64,000 bases of DNA from Candidatus Falkowbacteria bacterium GW2011_GWF2_43_32 (GTDB lineage: Bacteria > Patescibacteriota > Patescibacteriia > Patescibacteriales > UBA12465), in the NCBI GenBank assembly GCA_000999715.1, contig LCGL01000001.1, forward strand, positions 131,139-195,138, written 5' to 3'. Positions within the stretch are counted from its first letter, which is position 1, and each line of letters starts with the position of its first letter. This document shows positions 25,548 to 35,477 of the stretch, one piece after another. The position numbers and the translations under genes are program-made. The notes beneath the pieces are model-generated. The model had not been told where the DNA came from. It was given only the letters and a program-made list of their open reading frames with translations, and did not search any database.

Positions 25548-26753
25548 TTAGAACTGACTGGCCAGATTATACATCGGCAAGAGTACGGCCGCGACCATCA
25601 CGCCGACGCCGATGCCCATCAAAACCATAATCACCGGCTCCATCAACTTGCTTAAATTATCCAACATGTTCGTGCTTTCCCGGGTATAAAAAGACGTAAT
25701 CCGATCCAGCACCGCATCCACTTTACCGGTTTTTTCGCCGACGGCAATCATTTGCGGCACCATTTTCGGCACGTAATCGCTGGCTTCAAACACTCCGGAC
25801 AAAGATTCGCCGTCATTGATGGATTGCAAAGTTTCCAAAATCAAATCGCGATAAATCACGTTGCCGACCACCTCGGCCACAATCTCCAAACTGCGCGTAA
25901 TGGTGACGCCGCCTTTTAACAAGGTGGACAAAGAGCGGGAAAAACGCATCAAATAAATATATTTGAACAAACGACCGAAAATCGGCAAATTGATTTTCAA
26001 CAAATCCACTTGCCGCCGACCGAGGGCGGTTTTCAAATAAAAATGTATCATAACGCCGACGGCAATCGCCAACAACGCGATTAACCAAAGATACTTCTGC
26101 AGAAATTCGGAAGCGCCGATAACCAAACGCGTAGACAGGGGCAAGGCGGCGCCGGTTTCCGTCAAAATCGCCGTCAAATTGGGAATGACGTAAACCATCA
26201 ACACGATACCGACGGCAATCAAGCCGACCGTGATAAAAATCGGATAAATCATGGCGCCGCGCACCTTGGCCACCATGTCATAATTTTTTTCCATCTCGTC
26301 GGCCAGATAATTTAATACGTCATCCAATTTGCCGGAAGTTTCTCCGGAGCGGATGATGTTCACGAAAAATTCCGAAAACAGGCGCGGCCGCTTGCCGAAG
26401 GAGTCGGACAAAAACGCGCCGCTGTCCACCTCAAAAGCGATATCGGCAATCAAACTTTTCAACGAAATATTTTTGGTTTGATCCACCAAAATCATCAACG
26501 ATTCCACCACCGGCACATTGGCGGAAATCATGACCGAAAATTGACGCGAAAAAATCACCAAATCCTTACTCTTGATCGGCGCAATCATCATCAAAAATTT
26601 GGTTTCCGAGGTGTTGGTGACGTCCAACAAACTGACGACGGTCAATTCTTTCCGGCGCAAACGCAAAATGGCGTCGCTTTCCGACAAGCCCACGACTTTG
26701 CCGATTTTACGGCGACCGTCCGCGTCCTCCGCTTGATATTTAAAAATAGGCAT
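25548..26753 (-). CDS. pilC: Type IV pilus platform protein PilC (GspF family)
   Basis: The protein is 401 aa with a duplicated GspF-type domain and three TM regions. It lies next to pilB. Confidence 0.85.
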   Translation of the reverse strand: MPIFKYQAEDADGRRKIGKVVGLSESDAILRLRRKELTVVSLLDVTNTSETKFLMMIAPIKSKDLVIFSRQFSVMISANVPVVESLMILVDQTKNISLKSLIADIAFEVDSGAFLSDSFGKRPRLFSEFFVNIIRSGETSGKLDDVLNYLADEMEKNYDMVAKVRGAMIYPIFITVGLIAVGIVLMVYVIPNLTAILTETGAALPLSTRLVIGASEFLQKYLWLIALLAIAVGVMIHFYLKTALGRRQVDLLKINLPIFGRLFKYIYLMRFSRSLSTLLKGGVTITRSLEIVAEVVGNVIYRDLILETLQSINDGESLSGVFEASDYVPKMVPQMIAVGEKTGKVDAVLDRITSFYTRESTNMLDNLSKLMEPVIMVLMGIGVGVMVAAVLLPMYNLASQF

Positions 26754-26772
26754 AAGAATTCTCGGTTATTCT

Positions 26773-28530
26773 TTAACTCTCAACCACTCTCAAAACTTCT
26801 TCCCAGGAAGTTTGTCCTTGCAAAACCTTTAACACTCCGTCCTGCTTGATGGATAAAAATTCTTCGGTTTTTTTCACCGCTTCAATATTCAAATTTTGAT
26901 CGCCGTTATTGATTAACTCCCGCAAAGCGTCGTTGATTTCAATCACTTCGGCGATGGCGACACGATCGGAATAGCCGGTATTCTCGCAACGAGGACAACC
27001 GACCGCTTGGAAAATTTTATATTTGGCGAGCGCTTGTTCCGGCGTACTAAACTCCGACAATTCCTGTTTAATGACCTCCGCCGGCGCATTTTGCAATTCG
27101 GCGGTCATCTCGGCGATGGCATCGGGAGACAATTTGGTTTCTTTTTTGCAGTGCGGACAAAGTCGGCGCGCCAAACGTTGAGCGATTACGGTTTTCAAGG
27201 TGGAAGCCAATAAAAATCTCTCGATTTTCATATCCAACAAACGAAACACCGCTCCCAAAGCGTCATTGGTGTGCAGAGTGGATAAAACCAAGTGCCCGGT
27301 CAAAGAAGAATGAATGGACAATTCGGCGGTTTCTTCGTCGCGAATTTCTCCCACCATGATAATATTGGGATCTTGACGCAAAATGGACCGCAAACCGCTG
27401 GCGAAAGAAAACCCGATTTTCGGCCGCACTTGCGATTGGTTGATGCCCTTGATTTCGTATTCAATCGGATCCTCCAAGGTGGAAATATTGACTCCCTCCT
27501 GATTCAAAATATTCAACATGGCGTACAAAGTGGTGGTTTTACCGGAACCGGTCGGCCCGGTAACCAAAAAGATGCCGCTGGTTTTCTTACTGCCCTCTTC
27601 AATCCGGCGCAAAGCCAATTTATTGAAACCCAATTGCTCCAAACTGGGCGCGCCCTTGGAAGTGTCCAAAATTCTCATCACCACTTTTTCCCGATTGACC
27701 AACGGCAAAGTGGAAATACGAAAATCAACTTCGCGATTATTGACCACCAAACGAATGCGGCCGTCTTGCGGAATGCGGGTTTCGTCCAATTTCAATTTGG
27801 CCAAGACTTTAATACGCGCGATAATGGCGTTATGAACGGATTTCGGCAAACTCAAAGAAGTGTGCAAAATGCCGTCGATGCGATAACGAACGCGGCTGTC
27901 GTTGGCATACGGTTCAATATGAATATCGGAAGCGCGCGCTTCCACGGCATGACGAATGATTACGGAGACGATGCGGGAAACCGGCGCGCTGTTGATATCT
28001 TCGGCGCTCACCTCTTCGCTGTCCGTTTTGACTGTCACCAATTCCTCCCCTTCTTCCTTGGCTTTGACTTCCAAGGCACTGGAAATTTCCTGTTCAATCT
28101 TTTGATACTGCTTGAAAACTTTCTGCCAACCGGCGGCGGAAACCAAAAAATATTTCACTTGCGACTTGTCGTCGGCCGTCAAAAAATTGATCGCCTCCAT
28201 AGCCTTCAAATTCGGCTCCACCAAACCGATTTTCAAAACTTTTTCCTCCCGACCGAAACAGACGATTTTGTAAGTCTTGGCAATTTCCTCCGGCAAGAAA
28301 TTGAGAATCGCTTCCGGCACTTCTTCGTTGGTCAAATTATAATAAGGCAAATTAAAAACCTCCGCCCGAAATTCCGTCAATTTTTCTTCGTCAATGATTT
28401 TCTGACCGACCAAAAAAGAGCTCAAGCTCTCTTTGTTTTTGAGAATGAGCTTTTTAATCTCCGCCGCTTTATCGGCGCTAATGATTTTTTTGGCCTGCAA
28501 CAGGCTCAACAGTTGTTCATTTTTATCCAT
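26773..28530 (-). CDS. pilB: Type IV pilus assembly ATPase PilB (GspE family)
   Basis: The Walker A motif is GPTGSGKTTT, the Walker B/Asp box is IIMVGEIRDEETA, the His box is TGHLVLSTLHTND, and the tetracysteine motif is CPHC..CPRC. The ATG at 28530 (MDKNEQ..) is preferred over the TTG at 28554 given by the ORF track. Confidence 0.9.
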   Translation of the reverse strand: MDKNEQLLSLLQAKKIISADKAAEIKKLILKNKESLSSFLVGQKIIDEEKLTEFRAEVFNLPYYNLTNEEVPEAILNFLPEEIAKTYKIVCFGREEKVLKIGLVEPNLKAMEAINFLTADDKSQVKYFLVSAAGWQKVFKQYQKIEQEISSALEVKAKEEGEELVTVKTDSEEVSAEDINSAPVSRIVSVIIRHAVEARASDIHIEPYANDSRVRYRIDGILHTSLSLPKSVHNAIIARIKVLAKLKLDETRIPQDGRIRLVVNNREVDFRISTLPLVNREKVVMRILDTSKGAPSLEQLGFNKLALRRIEEGSKKTSGIFLVTGPTGSGKTTTLYAMLNILNQEGVNISTLEDPIEYEIKGINQSQVRPKIGFSFASGLRSILRQDPNIIMVGEIRDEETAELSIHSSLTGHLVLSTLHTNDALGAVFRLLDMKIERFLLASTLKTVIAQRLARRLCPHCKKETKLSPDAIAEMTAELQNAPAEVIKQELSEFSTPEQALAKYKIFQAVGCPRCENTGYSDRVAIAEVIEINDALRELINNGDQNLNIEAVKKTEEFLSIKQDGVLKVLQGQTSWEEVLRVVES

Positions 28531-28565
28531 GATAGTGGTGAAAATTATCCTCAAATGCCGACTTT

Positions 28566-28958
28566 TTATTTTTCCCGAAAAAACAAGGAATTATTGCCTT
28601 GCACGCAACGGCGCGGCGCGACCGCCGCCTCGGTACCGGAAGCGCTGGTAACCAAGGGAGTAACCGCCACTCCCGACCCGACCGCCGACGTACCGAGTCG
28701 ATTGCAAATATCGTCAAAATCGAAATCAATCACGTTATTGGTCAGTCCCAAAAACTGCGGCAATTTCAAAACCGTCAAATCCAAAGCTTCTCCGGCAGGA
28801 ATCACAATGGATTGCGCCGACGGCGTCAGCGGTTCAATCAATCCGGATCGCTCGCGCAACCAATCCAGGGCTTGCAAGCGGAAAATAAACAACGCCAAAC
28901 CGCCCAAGATCATCAGGCTAAGAAAGAAAATAAGCATGGCGCGATAGCTGTTTTTCAT
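28566..28958 (-). CDS. Small membrane protein of the pilus cluster, function unknown
   Basis: The protein is 130 aa with N-terminal TM segment AMLIFFLSLMILGGLALFIF. It sits between pilO and pilB. Confidence 0.5.
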   Translation of the reverse strand: MKNSYRAMLIFFLSLMILGGLALFIFRLQALDWLRERSGLIEPLTPSAQSIVIPAGEALDLTVLKLPQFLGLTNNVIDFDFDDICNRLGTSAVGSGVAVTPLVTSASGTEAAVAPRRCVQGNNSLFFREK

Positions 28959-28962
28959 AATG

Positions 28963-29580
28963 CTAAAAAGACGCTTGATAAAAATAAGTGGTCAAAAAAA
29001 TGGTGGCGCTGTCTTCCGACGGCGAAAACTCCACGGCGCTAATGTCAAACAGGCGCAAATTATTTTCCAAAATGCGCAATAATTTTTTAAAATTTCCGTA
29101 ATCGACCGCCATCACTTCCAGGGAAAGATTAATCGTGCCGACTTTTTTGTCGGTCACACTGATAATGGAAGGACTGGTCGGCGGCGGCGGCACGCCTTCC
29201 ACCGGTTGATCGATTTGAATGTTGGTCACCAGCCAACCGCCCCGACTGACGATTTCCGCCAATTCGCCGAACAATCTTTCCCGAGCATAGTTATCGGGCA
29301 AAACGCTGTTGAATTTTACCAAATCGGCCGGACTGATTTTTTTATATACCTCGGCGATAGCCTGCAGGCTGGCCAGTTTTTTCTGCTGATTCTCGTAAAG
29401 CCGCCGTTGTTCTTCAATATTCATCAAGATGGCCGCTTCCGTCGCTCTGAATTTCGGCCCCAAAAAAGCGAAATAAGCGACCGCCAAAAACAAAATCAAG
29501 ACGCCGGCCAAAATGGCGTTGAAATAATTGTTCAGGAAAAAATTGCGGGAATTTTGATTTTTAAAATTATGGCTGACCAT
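28963..29580 (-). CDS. pilO: PilO-like pilus alignment protein
   Basis: The protein is 205 aa with a single TM segment, a coiled-coil region (EEQRRLYENQQKKLASLQ) and a C-terminal ferredoxin-like part. It lies directly after pilN. Confidence 0.55.
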   Translation of the reverse strand: MVSHNFKNQNSRNFFLNNYFNAILAGVLILFLAVAYFAFLGPKFRATEAAILMNIEEQRRLYENQQKKLASLQAIAEVYKKISPADLVKFNSVLPDNYARERLFGELAEIVSRGGWLVTNIQIDQPVEGVPPPPTSPSIISVTDKKVGTINLSLEVMAVDYGNFKKLLRILENNLRLFDISAVEFSPSEDSATIFLTTYFYQASF

Positions 29581-29582
29581 AC

Positions 29583-30215
29583 TTATTTTTGAAAAATTTC
29601 CGGATTAACTTTTAACGACAAATCAAAACTGATTTCATTGCTTTGACCGCCGTCCACGTTTTTCTCGGCCTCCGCCAATTCCACCGTCGCCTGTCGCGTC
29701 AAGGGGTCGTTCAAAAACGCTTTGACCTGCCAGGAAACATCGGCAAAAGAAGAGGCCTTGGCGCCCAGATTATAAGTGCCGCTCAAATCGCCGCTGAATT
29801 CGCTATATTGAACGGTGCTGAGAGTATTGCGCTCCAACCAGCTGAAAAAGTTGGTCCAATAGACATGATTGGACAATAAATTGGAAAAAGCGACCGATTT
29901 TTCCTTATAGGCGACCGCCGCTTCGGCCTGTTCCTTAAACCGTCCGACCTCTCGATTGATTTCCGCCACGCTCTCGTTTAAAGCTTGCGCTTGGGCGATT
30001 TCTTGTTTTTCCCACCAATTCAAACCAAGATAAATTTCCATGACAAACAAGCCGGCCAAAAACAAAACCACCACCAAAATGAGAATGCTTCGATTCCAAT
30101 CAAAGAAAATTCTGGCTTCGTCTTTAATAAGATTAACTTCCAAAATTTTCGGATTTTGCAAATATTTTTTTCGGCTGTCTTCTTTTCGGGATGTCTTCTT
30201 CTTAAATGAAAACAT
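29583..30215 (-). CDS. pilN: PilN-like pilus alignment protein
   Basis: The protein is 210 aa. It has a VNLIKDE motif (compare INLLP), then a TM segment and a coiled coil. It lies directly after pilM. Confidence 0.55.
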   Translation of the reverse strand: MFSFKKKTSRKEDSRKKYLQNPKILEVNLIKDEARIFFDWNRSILILVVVLFLAGLFVMEIYLGLNWWEKQEIAQAQALNESVAEINREVGRFKEQAEAAVAYKEKSVAFSNLLSNHVYWTNFFSWLERNTLSTVQYSEFSGDLSGTYNLGAKASSFADVSWQVKAFLNDPLTRQATVELAEAEKNVDGGQSNEISFDLSLKVNPEIFQK

Positions 30216-30225
30216 GAAATTTTAA

Positions 30226-31305
30226 TTATTCTATTTCTCTCATGGCCAGTCCGATGGCCACGGCCAAACGCGGACCGACTTCGCTCAAAACCGGCTTCAA
30301 CTCCGCCGGATAATGAATGCGATTCCAGGGATCGCCAATAATCACTTTCAAATTCAAGCGAGAAGAAAGATATTCGGCCAAATTCAAAAGTAAAGCTCCG
30401 CCGCCTGATAAGACCACTTTTTCCACTTCGCCGCTGTTTTGCGAGCGAAAAAAATCCAACATATATTGCATCTCGGTCACGATCGGTTCCAAAACTTTGA
30501 CCAAAAACTGCGGCACTTCTTCTTGAGCGTCAGCGCTCAAAGCGCCGCTCAAATCACATTTGAATTGTTCGGCTTGCGCATAAGTCAGACCCATCTTTTC
30601 CGCCAGGGCCTTGGTCACGGTGGAAGCGCAAACCATCAAACTGCGATTTAAAACCGGAATGCTTTCCTTGACGATGGACAAGTCGGTGCTGTTGGCGCCG
30701 ATCTCCACGATCATCACCGTGGATTTATCGTCGCCGAGCAAAGAACGGACCAGAGAAAACGTTTCCGTCTCCAAACTGGCCAGACTCAATTTCGTGGCTT
30801 TGAAAATATCAATATATTTCCGCACCAACTTTTTCGGACTGCCGGTCAAAAAAACTCGCATATTCCCTTTGGTCGGAATCTTGCCGTCGGCTTCCGGAAT
30901 AACTTTCCAGTCCAAAGTCATTTCCTCCAAAGGCAAAGGAATAACTTTTTTGGCTTCTTCGTTAATGGCCGCCGCCAAGCCTTTTTTATCGACGTTGGCG
31001 ATGTTGATGATGGAGGAAAAAACCGCGAAGGTCGGCAAAGAAGCGGTCACTCTTTTGCTGGTAATCCCGGACTCCGTCTTGATTTTGTTGATCGCCCGCG
31101 CCAAATAATTGATGTCCGTCATTTTGGTGAAACTGACATCGCTGGTGCTTTCGCTGAAAGCGTAATTGGACAAATAAATATGACGATTTTTTTTCTTCAG
31201 CTCCACCATTTTCAAAGAAGCGTCGCCGATATCGATTCCCAAATAAAGATTGTTGCCGCTAAAAGAAAATAGACTCATATATGATATAGAAAAAAATCCA
31301 ATCAA
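30226..31305 (-). CDS. pilM: PilM, actin-like ATPase of the type IV pilus machinery
   Basis: The protein is 359 aa with an actin/FtsA-fold signature: LGIDIGDASLKMVEL and VVLSGGGALL. The start is possibly at 31278 (MSLFSF..). Confidence 0.8.
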   Translation of the reverse strand: MIGFFSISYMSLFSFSGNNLYLGIDIGDASLKMVELKKKNRHIYLSNYAFSESTSDVSFTKMTDINYLARAINKIKTESGITSKRVTASLPTFAVFSSIINIANVDKKGLAAAINEEAKKVIPLPLEEMTLDWKVIPEADGKIPTKGNMRVFLTGSPKKLVRKYIDIFKATKLSLASLETETFSLVRSLLGDDKSTVMIVEIGANSTDLSIVKESIPVLNRSLMVCASTVTKALAEKMGLTYAQAEQFKCDLSGALSADAQEEVPQFLVKVLEPIVTEMQYMLDFFRSQNSGEVEKVVLSGGGALLLNLAEYLSSRLNLKVIIGDPWNRIHYPAELKPVLSEVGPRLAVAIGLAMREIE

Positions 31306-31372
31306 AATTGAATTATCCCTTAGTTTAGTATATAATAATTATATAATATCTGGAAACATTAAACAAGCATCT

Positions 31373-32617
31373 ATGAACTTCTTCGCTCGCTATAAAAAAG
31401 TTTTTCTGATTTTCTTATTTTTGGCCGCCGTGGCTCTCATCGGTTACCTTATTTGGCGCATTTTTTTTAGTCCGCTTCCCGTCACGCCGACCGCCACCAC
31501 CACTCCCGCCGTTGTCGGCGGCGGCTTGCCGACAGCCGGTCCGGCCGGCGAAAGCGGCATCGGCGGCGGCGGTACCGGAATTCTGCCCGACGGCACTCCG
31601 ACCGGCGGTGCCCCGAGCTTGAACGAGCCCGATGTTTTGGCGGTTGGCGGTTTAACCAAGACCGGCATCCTGACCGCTTCGCCCGTACTCAACCCGACCC
31701 TGGGAGATGACGGCCAAATTCGTTATTACGATCAAGCCGACGGCCGTTTTTACAGAATTGATAAAGACGGAAAAGCCACTTTATTGAGCGATAAAGTCTT
31801 CCATGATGTGGCCAATATCGTTTGGGCGCCGACTCAAGATAAAGCGATTCTGGAATATCCGGACGGCAATAAAATTCTCTATAATTTCCAAACCAAAAAA
31901 CAAGTGACTCTGCCCTCTTACTGGCAAGAATTTTCTTTTTCGCCGAACGGCGGTCAAATCACTTCCGAAAGCATCGGACTGGATCCGGAAAATCGTTGGT
32001 TGGTGGTCGCCAACGACGACGGCTCCCAGGCGCGCGCCGTGGAGAACATCGGCACGAACGCCCAAAATGTCTATCCCTCCTGGTCGCCCAACAACCAAAC
32101 GGTGGCGATGTATACCAAGGGACTGGATTTTAATCGGCAAGAAATATTTTTCATCGGTCTGAACAACGAAAATTTCAAGTCCACGGTTATCGAGGGCCGC
32201 GGCCTGCAAACGCAATGGTCCACCAGCGGCGACCGTCTGCTTTATAGCGTTTACAGCACGGCGACGGATTTAAAACCGCGACTCTGGATTGTGGACGCGC
32301 AAGGCGATTCCATCAATCAAAATCGCCGCAGTTTCAGTTTGGAGACCTGGGCGGACAAATGCACTTTCGCTTCCAATACCGAAATCTATTGCGCCGTACC
32401 GGAAACGCTGGAAAGAGGCGCCGGCCTGTTTCCGGAAATGGCCGATAAAACCAAAGATAATTTATATAAAATAGATTTGGTGACCGGCGCCCGCAAATTG
32501 ATTGCCGTTCCGGACGGAGCCTATAACATCTCCCAAGTTCTGGTCGGCGAAAATCAAGATTATCTGTACTTCACCGATAAGATCACTCAACAAATTTACG
32601 AGATAAGACTGAAATAG
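31373..32617 (+). CDS. Anchored TolB-like/PD40 beta-propeller protein
   Basis: The track ORF starts at 31250. The ATG at 31373 gives MNFFARYKKVFLIFLFLAAVALIGYLIW (TM segment) followed by a Gly/Pro/Thr linker. PD40-like repeats follow, for example VYPSWSPNNQTVAMY and WSTSGDRLLYSV. Confidence 0.55.
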   Translation: MNFFARYKKVFLIFLFLAAVALIGYLIWRIFFSPLPVTPTATTTPAVVGGGLPTAGPAGESGIGGGGTGILPDGTPTGGAPSLNEPDVLAVGGLTKTGILTASPVLNPTLGDDGQIRYYDQADGRFYRIDKDGKATLLSDKVFHDVANIVWAPTQDKAILEYPDGNKILYNFQTKKQVTLPSYWQEFSFSPNGGQITSESIGLDPENRWLVVANDDGSQARAVENIGTNAQNVYPSWSPNNQTVAMYTKGLDFNRQEIFFIGLNNENFKSTVIEGRGLQTQWSTSGDRLLYSVYSTATDLKPRLWIVDAQGDSINQNRRSFSLETWADKCTFASNTEIYCAVPETLERGAGLFPEMADKTKDNLYKIDLVTGARKLIAVPDGAYNISQVLVGENQDYLYFTDKITQQIYEIRLK

Positions 32618-32618
32618 C

Positions 32619-33275
32619 ATGCGCAAATCTTTTTTGTTGGATTTGCTGTTTCCCGTCAAATGCCTGGCCTGCGGCCAAGAAGGCGCTTGGTTATGCGAAA
32701 GCTGTTTTCGGAAATTGAAATTCGGCGCGCCGGAAACAAAGCATCGGTTGATCGTTCCCGAGCTGACGGCCATCTTCATCGCCGGCGATTACGACGATCC
32801 CTTGTTATCCGAACTGATTAAAAAATTCAAATATAATTTTCTGACCGGCCCGGGAAAAGTTCTGGGGCGGTTTTTAATTTTATTCTGGCAAGGACAGTTG
32901 TCCGCAAATCGCAATTTGGCGGTCGCGGAAAAATTTCTTTTGCTGGCCGTTCCCCTTTCCAAAAAACGCCGCCGTTGGCGCGGCTTCAACCAGGCGGAAA
33001 TTTTGGCGCAAGAATTGGCCGAGAGTTTTTCTTATCCTCTCGGTCAAGAATTGAAACGCATCGGACACCAAAAACCGCAAGCCGAACTGAGCGAACAAGC
33101 TCGATTGGCCAATGTGCGCGACGCTTTCGTTTGGACCGGGGCAAGCTTGGCCGGACAGACAATTTTATTGATAGACGATGTGGTGACAACCGGCGCGACC
33201 TTAAACGAAGCGGCCAAAGCCCTGAAAGCGGCCGGTGCCGCCGCGGTATACGGACTGGTCTTGGCCAAAGGATAA
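32619..33275 (+). CDS. comFC: ComF-family competence protein (phosphoribosyltransferase domain)
   Basis: The protein is 218 aa. The N-terminal zinc-finger pattern is CLACG..C..C. The C-terminal PRTase motif is ILLIDDVVTTGATLNEAAKALKAAGA. Confidence 0.8.
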   Translation: MRKSFLLDLLFPVKCLACGQEGAWLCESCFRKLKFGAPETKHRLIVPELTAIFIAGDYDDPLLSELIKKFKYNFLTGPGKVLGRFLILFWQGQLSANRNLAVAEKFLLLAVPLSKKRRRWRGFNQAEILAQELAESFSYPLGQELKRIGHQKPQAELSEQARLANVRDAFVWTGASLAGQTILLIDDVVTTGATLNEAAKALKAAGAAAVYGLVLAKG

Positions 33276-33343
33276 AAATAAAATTCCGCCCTCCGGCAAT
33301 TCTTTGTCAATCAATCTCCAGCCAAGAGTGCAGTCGCCCTCTC

Positions 33344-33372
33344 TTTACAAAAAAAATAAAAAGGCTTATCAT
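33344..33372 (+). promoter_or_regulatory. Candidate promoter of the thrS leader (TTTACA-17-TATCAT)
   Basis: TTTACA is at 33344-33349 and TATCAT at 33367-33372, with a 17-nt spacer. It sits about 300 nt upstream of the thrS start, which suits a T-box leader. Confidence 0.35.
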
Positions 33373-33379
33373 TAAATTA

Positions 33380-33598
33380 CCCTCACTAATTGTCGCGCCT
33401 ACCAAACGCGGTTAGAAAAACAAATTTTCTAAGAAAAATCACTTTTTCCTAAAGTTAAGGTAAATTTTAAAGCGTCCCGCTTCACGGCGGGAAAGCCAGG
33501 TGGAACCGCGAGACTGCATATTCGGCGATTAAACGCCCCTAAAAGTCCCGTCCCGGCAACAACAGCTTATTGTTGTTCTTGCCGGGAGGGGATTTTTT
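33380..33598 (+). promoter_or_regulatory. T-box riboswitch leader (tRNA-Thr sensing) with terminator/antiterminator
   Basis: The T-box core GCCAGGUGGAACCGCGAGAC (33495-33514) matches the GGUGGNACCGCG consensus. The Stem III hairpin is 33475-33492. The terminator stem 33546-33590 is followed by the T7 run at 33592-33598. The alternative antiterminator pairs 33495-33500 and 33508-33514 with 33545-33557, leaving a 7-nt UGGAACC bulge. The element lies directly upstream of thrS. Confidence 0.65.
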
Positions 33599-33675
33599 TA
33601 AATACCGATAATCGAAGACCGATTTTTTGCTGTTTTGAATCACAATTTTATAATTTAACCATAATCATAAATCAT

Positions 33676-35439
33676 ATGAACAAGGAAAAAATGCCCGTAG
33701 AAACCAAGCGCCATTCCATCGCGCATCTTTTGGCGGCGGCCGTCAAAGAAATTTGGCCGGAGGCGCAATTAAGCATCGGTCCGGCGATCGATAACGGTTT
33801 TTACTACGACATCGATTTCGGCGATGTCAAAATAAGCGACGCGAATTTCAAAGAAATAGAAAAAAAGATGGCGCATCTCGCCAAACAAAATCTGAAATTT
33901 GAACGTCGCGAAGAAAAAATAGACCTGGCTCTGCAAGCGGCCCAAGACGCGGGCGAAATTTATAAAGCGGAACTGCTGACCGACTTGAAAGCCGGCGGCG
34001 AAACGGTGGTGAGCCACTATACCGTCGGCAAATTCACCGATCTCTGTCGCGGCCCGCATGTGAACAACACCAACCAAATCAAACCGGGCAGTTTCAAACT
34101 GCATAAACTGGCCGGCGCTTATTGGCGCGGCGACGAAAAAAATAAAATGCTTACCCGGATTTACGGTCTGGCTTTTGACACCAAAGAAGAATTGGACGAT
34201 CATTTAAAAATGCTGATAGAAGCGGAAAAACGCGATCATCGCAAATTGGGCAAAGAACTGGATCTCTTTTGCTTTTCCGAATTGGTCGGCGCCGGCTTGC
34301 CTCTCTACACGCCAAAAGGCATGGTTATCATCGAAGAATTGAAAAAACATATTGAAGCCGTCTGTCGGAATTACGGTTTTGAAAAAGTGATGACTCCGCA
34401 TCTGGCGAAAATAGATTTATACGAACTTTCCGGCCACGCCAAAAAATTCAGCGAAGAACTGTTTCACGTTTCTTCCAGCAAGGGCCACGATTTTGTCATG
34501 AAACCGGTGCAATGTCCGCACCATACTCAAATCTACGCTTCCCGCCCCCGTTCTTACCGCGATTTGCCGATTCGCTATATGGAATCGGAGAAGCAATATC
34601 GGGCGGAAAAAACCGGCGAAGTCGGCGGACTTTCCCGCGTCTATGCCATTACCATTGAAGACGGCCACACTTTTTGCCGCATCGATCAGGTAAAAGAAGA
34701 AATAAAAAATCTGGTGAACATCATCAAAGATTTCTATAGCGCCCTGGGTCTTTGGGGACGACATTGGGTTTCCCTGTCCGTCCGCGACTATGCTCATCCG
34801 GAAAAATATATCGGCGAAACGGCCGACTGGGATTTATGCGAAAAAATGTTGGCGGAAATCTCCGATGAGTTGAAGCTGGATGCCAAACGCCAAGAAGGCG
34901 AAGCCGCCCTCTACGGCCCGAAGCTTGATTTTATGTTCCGCGATTCCTTGGGCAAAGAAATTCAAATTCCGACCGTGCAAATCGATTTTGCCACGCCCAA
35001 AAAATTCAATCTCACTTACGCCGATAAAGACGGCACGGCCAAAAATCCGGTAATGGTTCATCGGGCGATTCTCGGTTCTTACGAACGTTTTCTGGCCCTC
35101 TTGATAGAACATTTCGCCGGCGCTTTTCCCTTGTGGCTGTCGCCGGTGCAAGTAAAAATCGTTTCCGTGGCCGAAGCCCATTCTCCGGCTTGCACCCGGT
35201 TGGCGGCGGAATTAAAAGCGGCCGACATCCGCGTTGAAGTGGACGAGGCCAACGAAACCGTCGGCAATAAAATCAGAAAAGCGGTGGCCGAAAAGGTGCC
35301 CTATATGCTGGTTATCGGCGACAAAGAAGCCAATTCTCCGACCCTCGCCGTCCGCGATCGCGGCGCGGCCGACACTCGGGAAATCACCAAAGACAAATTC
35401 ATCGCCGAAGTGCTGAATAAAATAAAAAACCATCTCTAA
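33676..35439 (+). CDS. thrS: Threonyl-tRNA synthetase (short form lacking the N-terminal TGS domain)
   Basis: The protein is 587 aa and starts in the editing/SAD domain (HSIAHLLAAAV). The class II core reads FRDSLGKEIQIPTVQIDF and HRAILGSYERF, and a C-terminal anticodon-binding domain follows. Confidence 0.95.
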   Translation: MNKEKMPVETKRHSIAHLLAAAVKEIWPEAQLSIGPAIDNGFYYDIDFGDVKISDANFKEIEKKMAHLAKQNLKFERREEKIDLALQAAQDAGEIYKAELLTDLKAGGETVVSHYTVGKFTDLCRGPHVNNTNQIKPGSFKLHKLAGAYWRGDEKNKMLTRIYGLAFDTKEELDDHLKMLIEAEKRDHRKLGKELDLFCFSELVGAGLPLYTPKGMVIIEELKKHIEAVCRNYGFEKVMTPHLAKIDLYELSGHAKKFSEELFHVSSSKGHDFVMKPVQCPHHTQIYASRPRSYRDLPIRYMESEKQYRAEKTGEVGGLSRVYAITIEDGHTFCRIDQVKEEIKNLVNIIKDFYSALGLWGRHWVSLSVRDYAHPEKYIGETADWDLCEKMLAEISDELKLDAKRQEGEAALYGPKLDFMFRDSLGKEIQIPTVQIDFATPKKFNLTYADKDGTAKNPVMVHRAILGSYERFLALLIEHFAGAFPLWLSPVQVKIVSVAEAHSPACTRLAAELKAADIRVEVDEANETVGNKIRKAVAEKVPYMLVIGDKEANSPTLAVRDRGAADTREITKDKFIAEVLNKIKNHL

Positions 35440-35477
35440 GAAATGCTAGAAGAAAAAGTCCGTCTCTAAATTAAATT

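Noticed and set aside
27292-28947. A very long plus-strand ORF (551 aa). Similar long plus-strand ORFs lie at 22065-23210 (381 aa), 49591-50664 (357 aa), 57667-58299, 51691-52308, 1464-2087 and 37311-37829.
   Set aside because: Each lies antisense to a minus-strand gene with unmistakable family motifs (pilB, VirB4-like, ahcY and others). Their translations are low-complexity, Arg/Gly/Asn/Phe-rich strings with no motifs. They are typical shadow ORFs.
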